Assembly (NCBI GenBank): GCA_963703225.1
Contig: OY969801.1
Span: 896,001-960,000 of the forward strand
Reading direction: 5' to 3'
DNA length: 64,000 bases
Source: Candidatus Eiseniibacteriota bacterium
GTDB lineage: Bacteria > Eisenbacteria > RBG-16-71-46 > SZUA-252
Notes under the pieces: generated by a model
Told to the model about the DNA's origin: nothing
The model's input: only the letters and a program-made list of their open reading frames with translations
Database searches by the model: none
Shown: piece after piece, positions 1 through 9,864 of the stretch
Position numbering within the stretch: the first letter of the stretch is position 1
How the letters are laid out: every line of letters begins with the position of its first letter
Position numbers and translations under genes: made by a program

Positions 1-108
1 CCCGCTCGGCGACGTGCGCACCATCCTCGCCGGCGCGGCCCCCAAGACTTCCGCCCGCTAGGGCGCCCAAGCCTCTCGCGCTTCGCAAGTAGCCCGCCGA
101 GCCAGCCC

Positions 109-137
109 TTGACCCCCTTCATCCGGCCCGTTAACGT
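109..137 (+). promoter_or_regulatory. sigma70-type promoter, likely leaderless transcript
   Basis: TTGACC(109-114)-N17-TAACGT(132-137); ATG at 145 is 7 nt downstream and has no SD. Confidence 0.55.
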
Positions 138-144
138 CGGGGCC

Positions 145-1350
145 ATGGCGACCATCGGACCCAGCCAGCGACTCGAGGTTTTGCCGCGCTATCTCTTCGC
201 CGAGCTGGAGCGGAAGCGGCGCGAGGCGGAGGCTGCGGGGCGCGAGGTTCTCGACCTCTCGATCGGCGATCCCGATCTGCCCACCCCGCAGCCGATCCTC
301 GATCAGCTCATGGCCGCGGCGCTGGCGCCGGAAAACCACCGCTATCCCACGAGCGCCGGGCTTTTCGAAGTGCGGAGCCGGATCGCGCGATGGTTCCAGG
401 AGCGATACGGCGTCGCGCTCGAGCCCGGGCGCGAGATCGCGATGCTCCTGGGATCCAAGGAGGGAATCGGCCACTTCCCGCTCTCGGTGCTGAATCCGGG
501 CGACGAAGCGCTGGTGCCCGACCCGGGCTATCCCGTCTACGCCGCGGGGACGGTGTTCGCGGGGGCGACCCCGGTTCGCTATCCGATCCATGAGGAGCAG
601 GGCTTTCTCCCCAAGATCTCCGACCTGGATCGCCTCGCCACGAACAAGACCCGCCTGATCTTCGTCAACTATCCCAACAACCCGACCGGCGCGACGGCGC
701 CGCTGGAGTTCTACGACCTCCTCACCGATTGGGCCTCGCGGCGCGACGTGATCGTCGCGAGCGACGCGGCCTACTCCGAGCTTTACTACGACGACGCGCC
801 GCATTCGATCTTTGAGGTGCCGGCCGCGCGGCAGCGGTCGATCGAGTTTCATTCCTTCTCCAAGACGTTCAACATGACGGGTTGGCGGATCGGCTTCGTC
901 GTGGGGGCGCCCCCGTTGGTGGAATCGCTGGTGCGCCTCAAGGCCAACGTCGACTCGGGCGCGCCGCAGGCCATCCAGCAGGCGGCGTCGTGGGGGCTCT
1001 CGGCACTTCCGGCGCACGGGCCAACCCTCCGCGCCGTCTACCGCGAGCGGCGCGACCTGGCGCTCGAGGTGCTCCGCCGCATCGGCTGCCCGATCCGTTC
1101 GCCGGGCGGTGCGTTCTACCTGTGGGGTCGCGTGCCGACCGGCGAGCCGTCCATGGAATTCGCGTCGCGGATCTTCGAGAAGACCGGCGTGCTCCTCACG
1201 CCTGGGATCGGGTTCGGGAGCGAAGGCGAGGGCTACTTCCGCATCGCCCTCACCTGCCCGGTGGAGACCCTCGAGCGGGCGCTCGCCCGGATCGAAGCGC
1301 TCCAGCCCTGGAAGGAGGCTCGTGCCTCCGCGACCCCGGCCGCGCGTTAG
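145..1350 (+). CDS. PLP-dependent class I/II aminotransferase, LL-diaminopimelate aminotransferase-like
   Basis: IGDPDLPTP, LGSKEGI, NYPNNPTGA, DAAYSE, EFHSFSKTFNMTGWRIG motifs; ATG at 145 preferred over 109. Confidence 0.8.
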   Translation: MATIGPSQRLEVLPRYLFAELERKRREAEAAGREVLDLSIGDPDLPTPQPILDQLMAAALAPENHRYPTSAGLFEVRSRIARWFQERYGVALEPGREIAMLLGSKEGIGHFPLSVLNPGDEALVPDPGYPVYAAGTVFAGATPVRYPIHEEQGFLPKISDLDRLATNKTRLIFVNYPNNPTGATAPLEFYDLLTDWASRRDVIVASDAAYSELYYDDAPHSIFEVPAARQRSIEFHSFSKTFNMTGWRIGFVVGAPPLVESLVRLKANVDSGAPQAIQQAASWGLSALPAHGPTLRAVYRERRDLALEVLRRIGCPIRSPGGAFYLWGRVPTGEPSMEFASRIFEKTGVLLTPGIGFGSEGEGYFRIALTCPVETLERALARIEALQPWKEARASATPAAR

Positions 1351-1381
1351 GACGTCCCGCGCCCTCCGGCGCGCCACCCCC

Positions 1382-1789
1382 GTGAGCACCTCCCGACGCT
1401 CCTCGCCTCAGCACTCACCGCGCGGCGGATTCGACTGGCTGCGGCTGACCGGCATCCAGGCCTACGGCCACTTAGGCGTCACCTCCAAGGAGCGCGATCT
1501 GGGCCAGCGCGTCGAGGCGGACGTGGAGATCGCGTACCTGCCCACGGTCCAGCGGCGTCCCGACTCCATCGAGGCGTACGTCGACTACGAAGAGGTAGGG
1601 CAGCTGGTCCGTTCCCAGATCGAGAACTCGCGCTGCAAGCTGATCGAGACCCTCGCCGAGGAGGTGGCGCTGGCGCTCCTGGAAGAGACCAAGGCGCCGC
1701 GCATCCGCGTCCGCCTCCGAAAGCTCCACGTTCCTGTCTCCGGATTCAGCGGAACGCCGGAAGTGGAGATCGAAAGGGGAGAGGCGTGA
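1382..1789 (+). CDS. folB: dihydroneopterin aldolase
   Basis: GIQAYGHLGV..ER.LGQ, VDYEEV, KLIETLAE; directly upstream of folK; GTG start at 1382 inferred. Confidence 0.85.
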   Translation: MSTSRRSSPQHSPRGGFDWLRLTGIQAYGHLGVTSKERDLGQRVEADVEIAYLPTVQRRPDSIEAYVDYEEVGQLVRSQIENSRCKLIETLAEEVALALLEETKAPRIRVRLRKLHVPVSGFSGTPEVEIERGEA

Positions 1790-2283
1790 CCCGGGCGTTC
1801 GTGGGCATCGGCTCCAATCTCGGCGACCGGGAGTTTTTGATCCGGAACGCGGTGGAGGGGCTCCGCGCGATTCCCCGGACGGCCGTCCTTCGCGTTTCGT
1901 CCCTCTACGACACCGATCCCGTCGGCGAGGTGGAGCAGCCCCCATTCCTGAACGCGGTGGCGTGGCTGGAGACGGAGCTCTTGCCGCGGGAGCTGCTCTG
2001 GCATCTGCTCCTGATCGAGAAGCGGATGGGGCGGGTGCGGACCCAGAAGTGGGGGCCCCGCTCGATCGATCTCGACCTCCTTTTCTTCGGCGACACGATG
2101 CTCGAGGAGGCGGACCTCACGCTGCCTCACCCCGAGGCCCACCGCCGGGCGTTCGTGCTCTATCCGCTGCAGGAATTGGACGCAGATTTCGTGCATCCTC
2201 TGAGCGGAGAGCACATCCGAAAGTTAATACGCGCGCTCGATCCCACCCCCGCCGTCCGCAAGGGCGGCCGCTTCTGGTACTGA
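1786..2283 (+). CDS. folK: 2-amino-4-hydroxy-6-hydroxymethyldihydropteridine diphosphokinase
   Basis: GIGSNLGDR, SSLYDT.P, FLNAV, WGPRSIDLDLL, LPHP. Confidence 0.95.
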   Translation: MTRAFVGIGSNLGDREFLIRNAVEGLRAIPRTAVLRVSSLYDTDPVGEVEQPPFLNAVAWLETELLPRELLWHLLLIEKRMGRVRTQKWGPRSIDLDLLFFGDTMLEEADLTLPHPEAHRRAFVLYPLQELDADFVHPLSGEHIRKLIRALDPTPAVRKGGRFWY

Positions 2284-2293
2284 GCCCGCCGGC

Positions 2294-2953
2294 GTGACCT
2301 CCGCGCTGGGTCGTTACATCGCCATCGAGGGCGTGATCGGCGTCGGCAAGACGTCCCTGGCCAAGCTCCTCGCCGAGCGGTTCCGCGCCCGGCTGGTCCT
2401 GGAAGAGCCGGAGGACAATCCGTTCCTGGCCGATTTCTACAAGCACCCCCGGCGGTACGCGTTTCAGACGCAGATGTTCTTTCTCGTCAGCCGCTACAAG
2501 GATCTCCGGGAACGGGTCCATCCGGATCTCTTCCACGAAGGGATCGTGGCCGACTACCTGTTCCAGAAGGACCGCATTTTCGCGAACCTGAATCTGAGCG
2601 ACCAGGAGCTGGCCCTCTACAACGCGATCGCGCCGCAGCTGGAGTCGGAGATACCCACGCCCGACCTGGTGGTCTACCTCCAGGCGAGCCCGGAAGTGAT
2701 CACCCGGCGGATCGAGCAGCGCGGGCGGCAGTACGAGCGGTTGATGGATCCCAAGTACACGGCGACCCTCGCCGAAGCGTACAATTACTTCTTCTTCCAC
2801 TACCGCGAGGCCCCGCTTCTGGTGGTCAGCACCGACGAGATGAACTTCGTCGACCGCCGCTCGGACCTCGAGGACTTGATCACCCGGATCGAGCAGCATC
2901 GGGAGGGAGTCGCGTACGTGAATCCAGGCGCGCGCGCGGGGGAGGGGCGATGA
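2294..2953 (+). CDS. deoxynucleoside kinase
   Basis: YIAIEGVIGVGKT P-loop, NPFLADFY, QMFFL, PDLVVYL, RGRQYE; usual position between folK and panB. Confidence 0.9.
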   Translation: MTSALGRYIAIEGVIGVGKTSLAKLLAERFRARLVLEEPEDNPFLADFYKHPRRYAFQTQMFFLVSRYKDLRERVHPDLFHEGIVADYLFQKDRIFANLNLSDQELALYNAIAPQLESEIPTPDLVVYLQASPEVITRRIEQRGRQYERLMDPKYTATLAEAYNYFFFHYREAPLLVVSTDEMNFVDRRSDLEDLITRIEQHREGVAYVNPGARAGEGR

Positions 2954-3846
2954 CGCCACGCGTCCCAGCCCCGGGTGACGGACACGCGGGGGAAGGCGTC
3001 CGCGCCACACGCCCCAAGGTTACGGTCCGCACGCTGCTCGAGATGAAGCAGCGGGGCGAGCGGATCACTTCCGTCACGGCCTACGACTACCCGACGGCTC
3101 GGATCGCGGATGAGGCGGGGATCGATCTCCTTCTCGTCGGCGACTCGCTCGGGATGGTGGTCTTGGGCTACGAGTCGACGATCCCGGTCACCATGGCCGA
3201 GATGATGCACCACCTCCGCGCGGTCGTGCGCGCCGCTCCGCGCGCGCTGGTCGTCGCGGATCTCCCCTTCGCCTCCTTCCAGGCGGGCCCGGAAGACGCG
3301 GTCCGGAACAGCGCGCGATTCGTCAAGCGCGGCGCCGAGGCGGTCAAGCTGGAAGGCGGAAGGCGCGTGCTGCCGCAAGTCGAAGCGATCCTCGCGGCCG
3401 ACATCCCGGTGCTCGGTCATCTGGGGCTCACCCCCCAATCGGTCCACCGGTTCGGCGGGTATCGGGTCCAAGCGCGGGGGCGCGAGGCGGGCGACGCCCT
3501 CCTTCAGGACGCGCTCGCACTGGAGCGCGCCGGCTGCTTCGCGATCGTGCTGGAGGGAATTCCGCTCGAGCTGGGCGCCGAGGTGACGCGCGCGCTCAAG
3601 ATTCCCACGATCGGGATCGGCGCGGGCGCCGACTGCGACGGCCAGGTCCTCGTGCTTCACGACCTGATCGGCCTCACGTTCGGGAAGCCCGCCAAGTTCG
3701 TCCGCCGCTACGCCGACGTCTCGGGAACGATCCGCGGAGCGCTCCAGGCCTTCCGCGAGGACGTCCGGACGGGACGCTATCCCGCGCCGGCCGAGAGCTA
3801 CGCCGCCGCGCCGCAAACCCCCGAGACCGATCCTTGCGCATCGTGA
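2950..3846 (+). CDS. panB: 3-methyl-2-oxobutanoate hydroxymethyltransferase
   Basis: TAYDY, LLVGDSLGM, VKLEGG, GHLGLTPQS, IGIGAG..CDGQVLV. Confidence 0.97.
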   Translation: MTPRVPAPGDGHAGEGVRATRPKVTVRTLLEMKQRGERITSVTAYDYPTARIADEAGIDLLLVGDSLGMVVLGYESTIPVTMAEMMHHLRAVVRAAPRALVVADLPFASFQAGPEDAVRNSARFVKRGAEAVKLEGGRRVLPQVEAILAADIPVLGHLGLTPQSVHRFGGYRVQARGREAGDALLQDALALERAGCFAIVLEGIPLELGAEVTRALKIPTIGIGAGADCDGQVLVLHDLIGLTFGKPAKFVRRYADVSGTIRGALQAFREDVRTGRYPAPAESYAAAPQTPETDPCAS

Positions 3847-4697
3847 GCCGCCCCGCGGCGATGCGCGAGCTGTCCCGCCGCGCGCGCCGGAGCGGCGAAT
3901 CGATCGGATTCGTCCCGACGATGGGCGCGCTCCACCCCGGCCACCTCGCGCTGATGCGCCGCGCGCGCACGGAGAACCGCCGACTCGCCGTGAGCGTCTT
4001 CGTCAATCCACTCCAATTCGGTCCCGGCGAGGATTTCGAGCGCTACCCGAGGAACGAGCTTCAAGATTTGCGCTTCTGCCGCTGGGCGGGCACCGACTGG
4101 CTCTTCATGCCGTCCGCGCGCGCGATCTATCCGCCCGGATTCGCCACCCGCGTGGACCCGGGGCCGATGGGCGCGGTGTGGGAGGGCGCGGTCCGCCCCG
4201 GGCACTTCGGGGGAGTGCTGACGGTGGTGCTCAAGCTCCTCGAGATGGTCGAGCCCGACACGCTCTACGTGGGGCAGAAGGACGCGCAGCAAGCCGCCCT
4301 GCTCAACCAGATGGTGCGCGATCTCGATCTGGCGGTGCGGGTCGTGGTCTGTCCCACGGTGCGGGAGCGGGATGGGGTCGCTCTCTCCTCGCGAAACATC
4401 TACCTGAAGCCCGAGGAGCGGGTCCGGGCCCGCGGCATCGTCCGCGCGCTCCGCGCCGGGCGGCAAGCGGCGCGCTCCGGACGGCGGGGCGCCCGCGCCA
4501 TCGTCTCCGCCGTGCGGCGCGTGCTCCGGCGGGAGGCCGCGCCCAACCGGATCGACTACCTGGCGCTCGTCGACCCCAAGACGTTCGAGCCGATTCCGCG
4601 GCTCGACAAGCGCGGCCTCCTCATCACCGCGGTGCGGATCGGAAAGACGCGGCTGATCGACAACATGGCCGTCACGTCTTCCCGGGAAGGGGACTGA
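3834..4697 (+). CDS. panC: pantoate--beta-alanine ligase
   Basis: GFVPTMGALH.GH, SVFVNPLQF, RPGHF, GQKDAQQ, ALSSRN, RLIDN. Confidence 0.97.
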   Translation: MRIVSRPAAMRELSRRARRSGESIGFVPTMGALHPGHLALMRRARTENRRLAVSVFVNPLQFGPGEDFERYPRNELQDLRFCRWAGTDWLFMPSARAIYPPGFATRVDPGPMGAVWEGAVRPGHFGGVLTVVLKLLEMVEPDTLYVGQKDAQQAALLNQMVRDLDLAVRVVVCPTVRERDGVALSSRNIYLKPEERVRARGIVRALRAGRQAARSGRRGARAIVSAVRRVLRREAAPNRIDYLALVDPKTFEPIPRLDKRGLLITAVRIGKTRLIDNMAVTSSREGD

Positions 4698-4698
4698 G

Positions 4699-5457
4699 AT
4701 GACGGTGCCTTTCACCGCCGTCGTGCTGGCCGCGGGGATGGGAAAGCGGATGAATTCCGACCTCCCCAAGGTGCTCCACCCGGCCCTCGGAAAGCCGCTC
4801 GTCGTTCACGTCTTGAACCAGCTCGCGCCGCTCCATCCCTCGCGGATCGCGATCGTGGTCGGGCACCGCGAGGAAATGGTTCGAGAGGCGCTCGAGGGCC
4901 GTGAAGTCCACTTTGCCACCCAATCACCCCAACTCGGCACCGGGCACGCGGTCCAGATGGCGTGGCCGGAGGTGGACCTCGGTGCCGAGAGGGGCGCCGA
5001 GTCAATCTTGGTGCTCGCCGGCGACATGCCGTTGGTGCGGACGATGACGCTCCGCAAGCTCATGGAGCGGCACTGGGGCGAGCGGAACAGCGTGACATTC
5101 CTTTCGGGGGAGCTGGACGACCCAGCCGGGTACGGCCGCGTCGTCCGCGACCGGCGCGGGGACTTTGTGAAGATCGTCGAGGAGAAGGACTCGACCGCCG
5201 CCGAGCGGAAGATCGCCGAGGTCAATTCCGGCGTCTACGCGTTCCAGCGCGCGCCGCTGGGGGAAGCCCTCGGCATGCTCCGCGCCGACAATACGCAGAA
5301 GGAGTACTATCTCACCGACACGCTCGCCATCTTGAAGGGACGCGGAATGCGCGTGGGCATCGTGATGGTCTCGGACCCGCGCGAGCTGTTTGGCGTCAAT
5401 ACGCCGGAGCAGCTCGCCCAGGTGGAGGAGACGCTCCGGGCCTGGGGGGAAGGCTGA
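4699..5457 (+). CDS. GlmU N-terminal-type sugar-phosphate nucleotidyltransferase (no acetyltransferase domain)
   Basis: LAAGMGKRM.SDLPKVLH, QLGTGHAV, GYGRV, IVEEKD, EVNSG, EYYLTD, GVNT; ends at 252 aa. Confidence 0.88.
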   Translation: MTVPFTAVVLAAGMGKRMNSDLPKVLHPALGKPLVVHVLNQLAPLHPSRIAIVVGHREEMVREALEGREVHFATQSPQLGTGHAVQMAWPEVDLGAERGAESILVLAGDMPLVRTMTLRKLMERHWGERNSVTFLSGELDDPAGYGRVVRDRRGDFVKIVEEKDSTAAERKIAEVNSGVYAFQRAPLGEALGMLRADNTQKEYYLTDTLAILKGRGMRVGIVMVSDPRELFGVNTPEQLAQVEETLRAWGEG

Positions 5458-5458
5458 G

Positions 5459-5980
5459 GTGGATCGGCTCTGGGCGGGATGGAGGATGGCCTACATCGCC
5501 AAGGCGACCGGCGGGCGCTCGAAAAAGGCCCCCTGCCTCTTCTGCGCCCTCGCCAAGGGCCGGCCCGGTCCCAAGAACTTGGTCCTGGCCCGGACCCCCG
5601 AGGTCCTCGTGGTCATGAACCGTTACCCTTATAATGTAGGGCACGTCATGGTGGCCCCACGGCGGCATCGGGGGTCCCTGGCCCGGCTGACGGCGGAGGA
5701 GTCGCTGGAGATGACGCAGTGGCTGGGCCTTGTAGAGCGGGCGCTCCAGAAGGCGTACCGGCCGCAGGGATTCAATTTCGGGATGAACCTCGGGCGGACG
5801 GCGGGGGCCGGGGTGCTGGGACACCTCCACTGGCACGTGGTTCCGCGCTGGAACGGCGACACGAACTTCATGCCGGTGACCGCTTCCACGAAGGTGCTTC
5901 CCGAGGCGCTCGACCGGACGTACCGCAGGCTCTTGGACGCGCTCCATCGCGGCGGGTCCAAGCGTCCGCGGCGCCGCTGA
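5459..5980 (+). CDS. HIT family hydrolase (Ap4A phosphorylase-like)
   Basis: LWAGWRMAYI, CLFC, NRYPYNVGH, HLHWHVVPRW.GDTNF; GTG start at 5459. Confidence 0.9.
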   Translation: MDRLWAGWRMAYIAKATGGRSKKAPCLFCALAKGRPGPKNLVLARTPEVLVVMNRYPYNVGHVMVAPRRHRGSLARLTAEESLEMTQWLGLVERALQKAYRPQGFNFGMNLGRTAGAGVLGHLHWHVVPRWNGDTNFMPVTASTKVLPEALDRTYRRLLDALHRGGSKRPRRR

Positions 5981-5998
5981 CCGCGGGACGGTCGCGCG

Positions 5999-6418
5999 GT
6001 GGCCAAGAAGGAGAGCGGCGAATCGAAGGCGCTCGACGCCGCGATCGCCATACTCTTCGTCTTCATCGCCGCGTTCGCGGTTTCGGCGGCTCTTCGCGTG
6101 GGGCCGCAGGCGACGGGAAAGCCGAAGCACCCGATCCGGATCGAGCTCTTGAACGGAAGCGGGCGGGCGGGCCTGGCCGGCGACCTGGCTTCCTACTTGA
6201 GGGACGGCGGATTTGACGTGCTCGAGGTGAGCAACGCCGATCGCGCCGACTACCGGAATACGCTCGTGGTCAACCGGTCCGAGGCACCGGAACCGGGAAA
6301 GATCGTGGCCGAGTACCTGGGCACGCGGCACGTGATCCAGCAGATCGGGACCCAGGAGATGATTGAAGTCACGGTGATCGTGGGCCGCGACGCGCGGCGG
6401 TGGACCCAGCCGCGTTAG
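5999..6418 (+). CDS. membrane-anchored LytR C-terminal domain protein
   Basis: TM helix, then IELLNGSGRAGLA, NAD..DY..T, VTVIVGRD. Confidence 0.8.
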   Translation: MAKKESGESKALDAAIAILFVFIAAFAVSAALRVGPQATGKPKHPIRIELLNGSGRAGLAGDLASYLRDGGFDVLEVSNADRADYRNTLVVNRSEAPEPGKIVAEYLGTRHVIQQIGTQEMIEVTVIVGRDARRWTQPR

Positions 6419-6461
6419 ACCACCACGGAGCCCTCGAGGCTCGGAGAGGCGGATTCATCCT

Positions 6462-6671
6462 ATGTTCAATTTGGGGCCCCAAGAACTCTTCTGGCTCTTT
6501 CTGATCGTGCTCTTCATCTTCGGGGCCAAGCGAATCCCGGAGATCGGACGCTCGATCGGCAGGGGGATTCAGGAGTTCAAGAAGGGGATGAAGGATCTCG
6601 ATACGGAGATCTCGGCGCCGGATACCAAGTCGTCGTCGGAGAGCTCGACCCAGGAGACACGGAAGCCCTGA
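6462..6671 (+). CDS. tatA: twin-arginine translocase TatA/TatE
   Basis: GPQEL..FIFGAKRIPEIGRSIGRGIQEFKKG. Confidence 0.95.
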   Translation: MFNLGPQELFWLFLIVLFIFGAKRIPEIGRSIGRGIQEFKKGMKDLDTEISAPDTKSSSESSTQETRKP

Positions 6672-6682
6672 AACGCGAGGCG

Positions 6683-6710
6683 GCGGGTTCGGTGTAGAGC
6701 CCGAGCCCGC
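6683..6710. terminator. hairpin between convergent genes
   Basis: GCGGGTTCGG / CCGAGCCCGC inverted repeat (one G-U pair), no U tail. Confidence 0.35.
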
Positions 6711-6738
6711 CCCCCGAACATCCGATCGACCGCCGCGC

Positions 6739-8557
6739 CTAGACCTCGAAGAAGTTCTCTCGATAGTCGACGATCTTGGCCCGCCGCCGAAGGTCCTGTA
6801 TCCACTCGACGAACGCCACCTGCCGACGCTCCTGCAGGAGATTCTGCCGGATGGTCGCCGCCTGCTGCTGGTATTCCTCTTCGGTCGGCGTCACGTGCTT
6901 CTCGATATAGGCGAAGAAGACGATGTTCTTGCCCGTGAGGACGGGGCTCCAGGTGGCCGTGGGCGCCCCGAAGAGCGTCCCCACCGCCTTCGGCTCCCGC
7001 TCGGTGAAGCCCGAGACGTAGCCGTTTCGCGTGACGGCTTTGGATTCTCCAGCTCTCCCGTGGAATTGCTTGGCCGCGGCGTCCTCCTTCATGCCCGCCA
7101 CGATCGCGGCGCGGGCCTCCTTGGCCGCTTCCTCCGCCTTGGCCGTCCGAAGCGAGAGGATCAGCGCCATCTTGACCTCGCGCGCCATGCTCTCGAGCGG
7201 CCGCACGCCGGCCTTCCGCTTGTCCCTGATCTGATAAAGATACCAGCCGCTCTCGGTCGGGATCGGTTTTGAGATCGCACCCACATCGGCCGAGAAGCAC
7301 CAGGCCTCGAGTTCCGGGAAGCGCTTGAAGATGTCGTTGCCGCTTGTGCCTTCGGAGAAGAAATCGGACTCGAACGTGCGGAGCCCATGCCGGGTCGCCA
7401 CCATTCCCACGCCCGAGCTCTTGGCCTCCTTGGCGTACTCGTTCACAAGCTTGCGGGCCGCCTGGATGGCTTCGGCCCCCGGCTGCACGCGGGTCGCGAT
7501 CTCGTGGTACTTGAGCCGCTCCCGACCGGTCTCCTTGTCGGGGTATCGGGCGTCCACCCGGAAGATGTGGAGCGACCGCTCCTCGCGGATGATGTCGGAG
7601 ATCTGCCCCGCCTGGACGCCGCGGAGCGCCTTCACGAAGGACGGTCGCATCTCCTCCGCGTAGGGGATCCCGCGGGGATCGCCGCCGGCCGCCGCGCTCT
7701 GGATCTCGGAATAGGTCCGCGCGAACGACTCGAACGAATCGGGTTCCGCGCGGAGTTGATCGAGAATCCCCTGGAGCCGCTCCTTCTGAGCCGAGAAGTC
7801 CGCCTCCGACGGGGAGCGGGGGATCAGAACCAGCTGCACCTTGGACTGCGCCGGGCCGGAGAACGCTTCGGTATGGGCTTTGTAGTAGGTCTCGACGTCC
7901 GCGCCCCCGATCCGGGTCGTGTCGACCGGGAAACTGTCGGGAGCGAAGGCGACGAAGCGGAAGTCGAGCTTCTCGTTTTGCAGAAGGAAGCGGTCCCGAA
8001 CGTCTCCGTCGGAAACCTTGGCCGAGAGTACCACCTCGTCTTGAAGCTTTTGCATCGGGAGCTGGGCGGCGACGTACCCCTCCACCTGCTGCCACGGTAG
8101 CTGGGAGTTGGGGTTATCCAGCTCTTGCAGATACTTTCGATAGTCAAACTGGCCGTCGGTCAGGAAGACCGGCGCCTTCATCAAGAAGTCGGGGGGGCTG
8201 AGCCGAATCGCGGCCTTGATCTCGTCGGGCGTGACGCCGAATGCCCCGCTTCCGGGCCTCTTGCTCCATGAGCTTGGTCCGGACCAACTGGGACCAGGCC
8301 TGCTCGCGGATGTAGCTGTCCTCGCCCTCCTGAAGGGCGCGCTGCTGCGTGAGCTGGCCGAGCATCTGGTTGTAGATCTGGGTGAATTCCTCGAGGTGCA
8401 CCGGCTCGCCGTTGATCTTGGCGATCACCCCTCGGGGCGCCTGGGGTGTGGCGTCTCCAAAGACGCCGCCCAGCTGGAGAACTCCGAATCCGACCAGGAA
8501 GACAATGGCCGTGATCCAAATGATGATCTTCATGTTGTCGCGCAGCGACTGCATCAT
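6739..8557 (-). CDS. SurA N-terminal/parvulin peptidyl-prolyl isomerase (PpiD-like), one frameshift near 8230
   Basis: MMQSLRDNMKIIIWI N-terminal anchor, AKINGE, FESFARTYSE, GQISDII, ISKPI.TESGWY; split into ORFs 8144-8557 and 6739-8184. Confidence 0.85.
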
Positions 8558-8692
8558 ATCGACGTACCCTCGATCCGGTTCTGGGGAGATGGAGAAGGCG
8601 TCCGGCGACGCCTTGGAACAGTCCGGTCAATCCGCATAAGGCTACCAGCGGCCAACCGGGCGCGCAAGTCGGGGCTCGGCAACCGTTTTCGG

Positions 8693-8721
8693 TTGACGCG
8701 GTTCCGGTCGCGAGGCAACGT
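8693..8721 (+). promoter_or_regulatory. sigma70-type promoter of the kinase operon
   Basis: TTGACG(8693-8698)-N17-CAACGT(8716-8721); ATG at 8729 is 7 nt downstream. Confidence 0.4.
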
Positions 8722-8759
8722 GGTCGCGATGATGTCCCACCGCGAGCGAGCAGGCCGCG

Positions 8760-9864
8760 ATGCCGCGCGTTGAAGCGCCCGAAACCGAGCGCGCTCTACT
8801 CGAGCGGGTCCTCGACGCGCTCGATACCGGGCTTCTGGCGCTCGATGAGGACCGCCAGCGTCGCCGCGATCAACGACACGCTGGCAAGAGGCTGGGGCGT
8901 GGACCGCGCGGACGTGATCGGAAGGCCGATCGCCGACGTCTTCGAGTCGGAGACCGAACGGTGGTATCTCCCGGAGCGCGGCGCCCGCGGCGCCGAAGCG
9001 CGCGCCACCCGCGAGGTGCGGGGCACGGTGGCCGAGCGGGAGCTCTTGATGCGCTACAGCGCCGCGGGACTCGGGGACAGCGGCGCGGTTTTGATCCGGG
9101 TCGAGGATCTGGTCGACGCCGACTCAGAAGAGGAAGTCTTCCGGAACACCGAGCGGCTGATCTCGCTCGGCGAGCTTTCGGCGCGGGTCGCCCACGAGAT
9201 CCGAAATCCGCTCACCGGGGTCCGCACCACGGTCCAGTTCGTCGCCTCCAAGCTCCGCGCCGGCGACTCCCGCCGCGACGACCTCCAGGACGTGCTCAAG
9301 GAGCTGGACCGGATCGAGCAGATCATCACCGACCTCCTCCTCTTCGCCCGGCCCCAGGCCGCCCGTCCCGCACCGACCGATCTCCGGGAGATCACGGAGA
9401 AGGTGCTCGACAACCTGGCGAGCCGGCTGGAGGATTCGGGCATCGAGGTGGAGGCCGACCTGGACGAGGACCTTCCCGCCGTGGTGGTCGACCCCGACAT
9501 GGTGCAGCAGGTCGTCCTGAACCTCGCCATCAACGCGATCCAGGCGATGCCCGAGGGGGGCACGCTCAGGGTCGGCGCCGGGCTCAGGCGGACCCGGTAC
9601 AAGAAGGCCTACGTGGACTTGGTGGTCGCCGACAGCGGGCCCGGCATCCCGGACGAGGTGAAGGAGAAGATCTTCGATCCCTTCTTCACGACCCGCTCGA
9701 TGGGGACCGGGCTCGGGCTTTCGATCTCGCTCCAGATCGCCCGCGAGCACGGCGGCAACCTGACGGCGCGGAACCTGGCGCAGGGCGGCGCGTCCTTCAA
9801 GCTCAGCCTGCCCGCGCCGCCCACGCCGGAGCATGAGGAAGGCGAAAGAGGAGAAGTGAGATGA
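8760..9864 (+). CDS. cytoplasmic PAS histidine kinase (NtrB-like), frameshift near 8850
   Basis: VAHEIRNPL H-box, NLAINAIQAM, DSGPGI, FDPFFTT, GTGLGL; PAS N-terminus (LDALDTGLLALD) lies in another frame; the start could be 8729 with a further indel. Confidence 0.9.
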
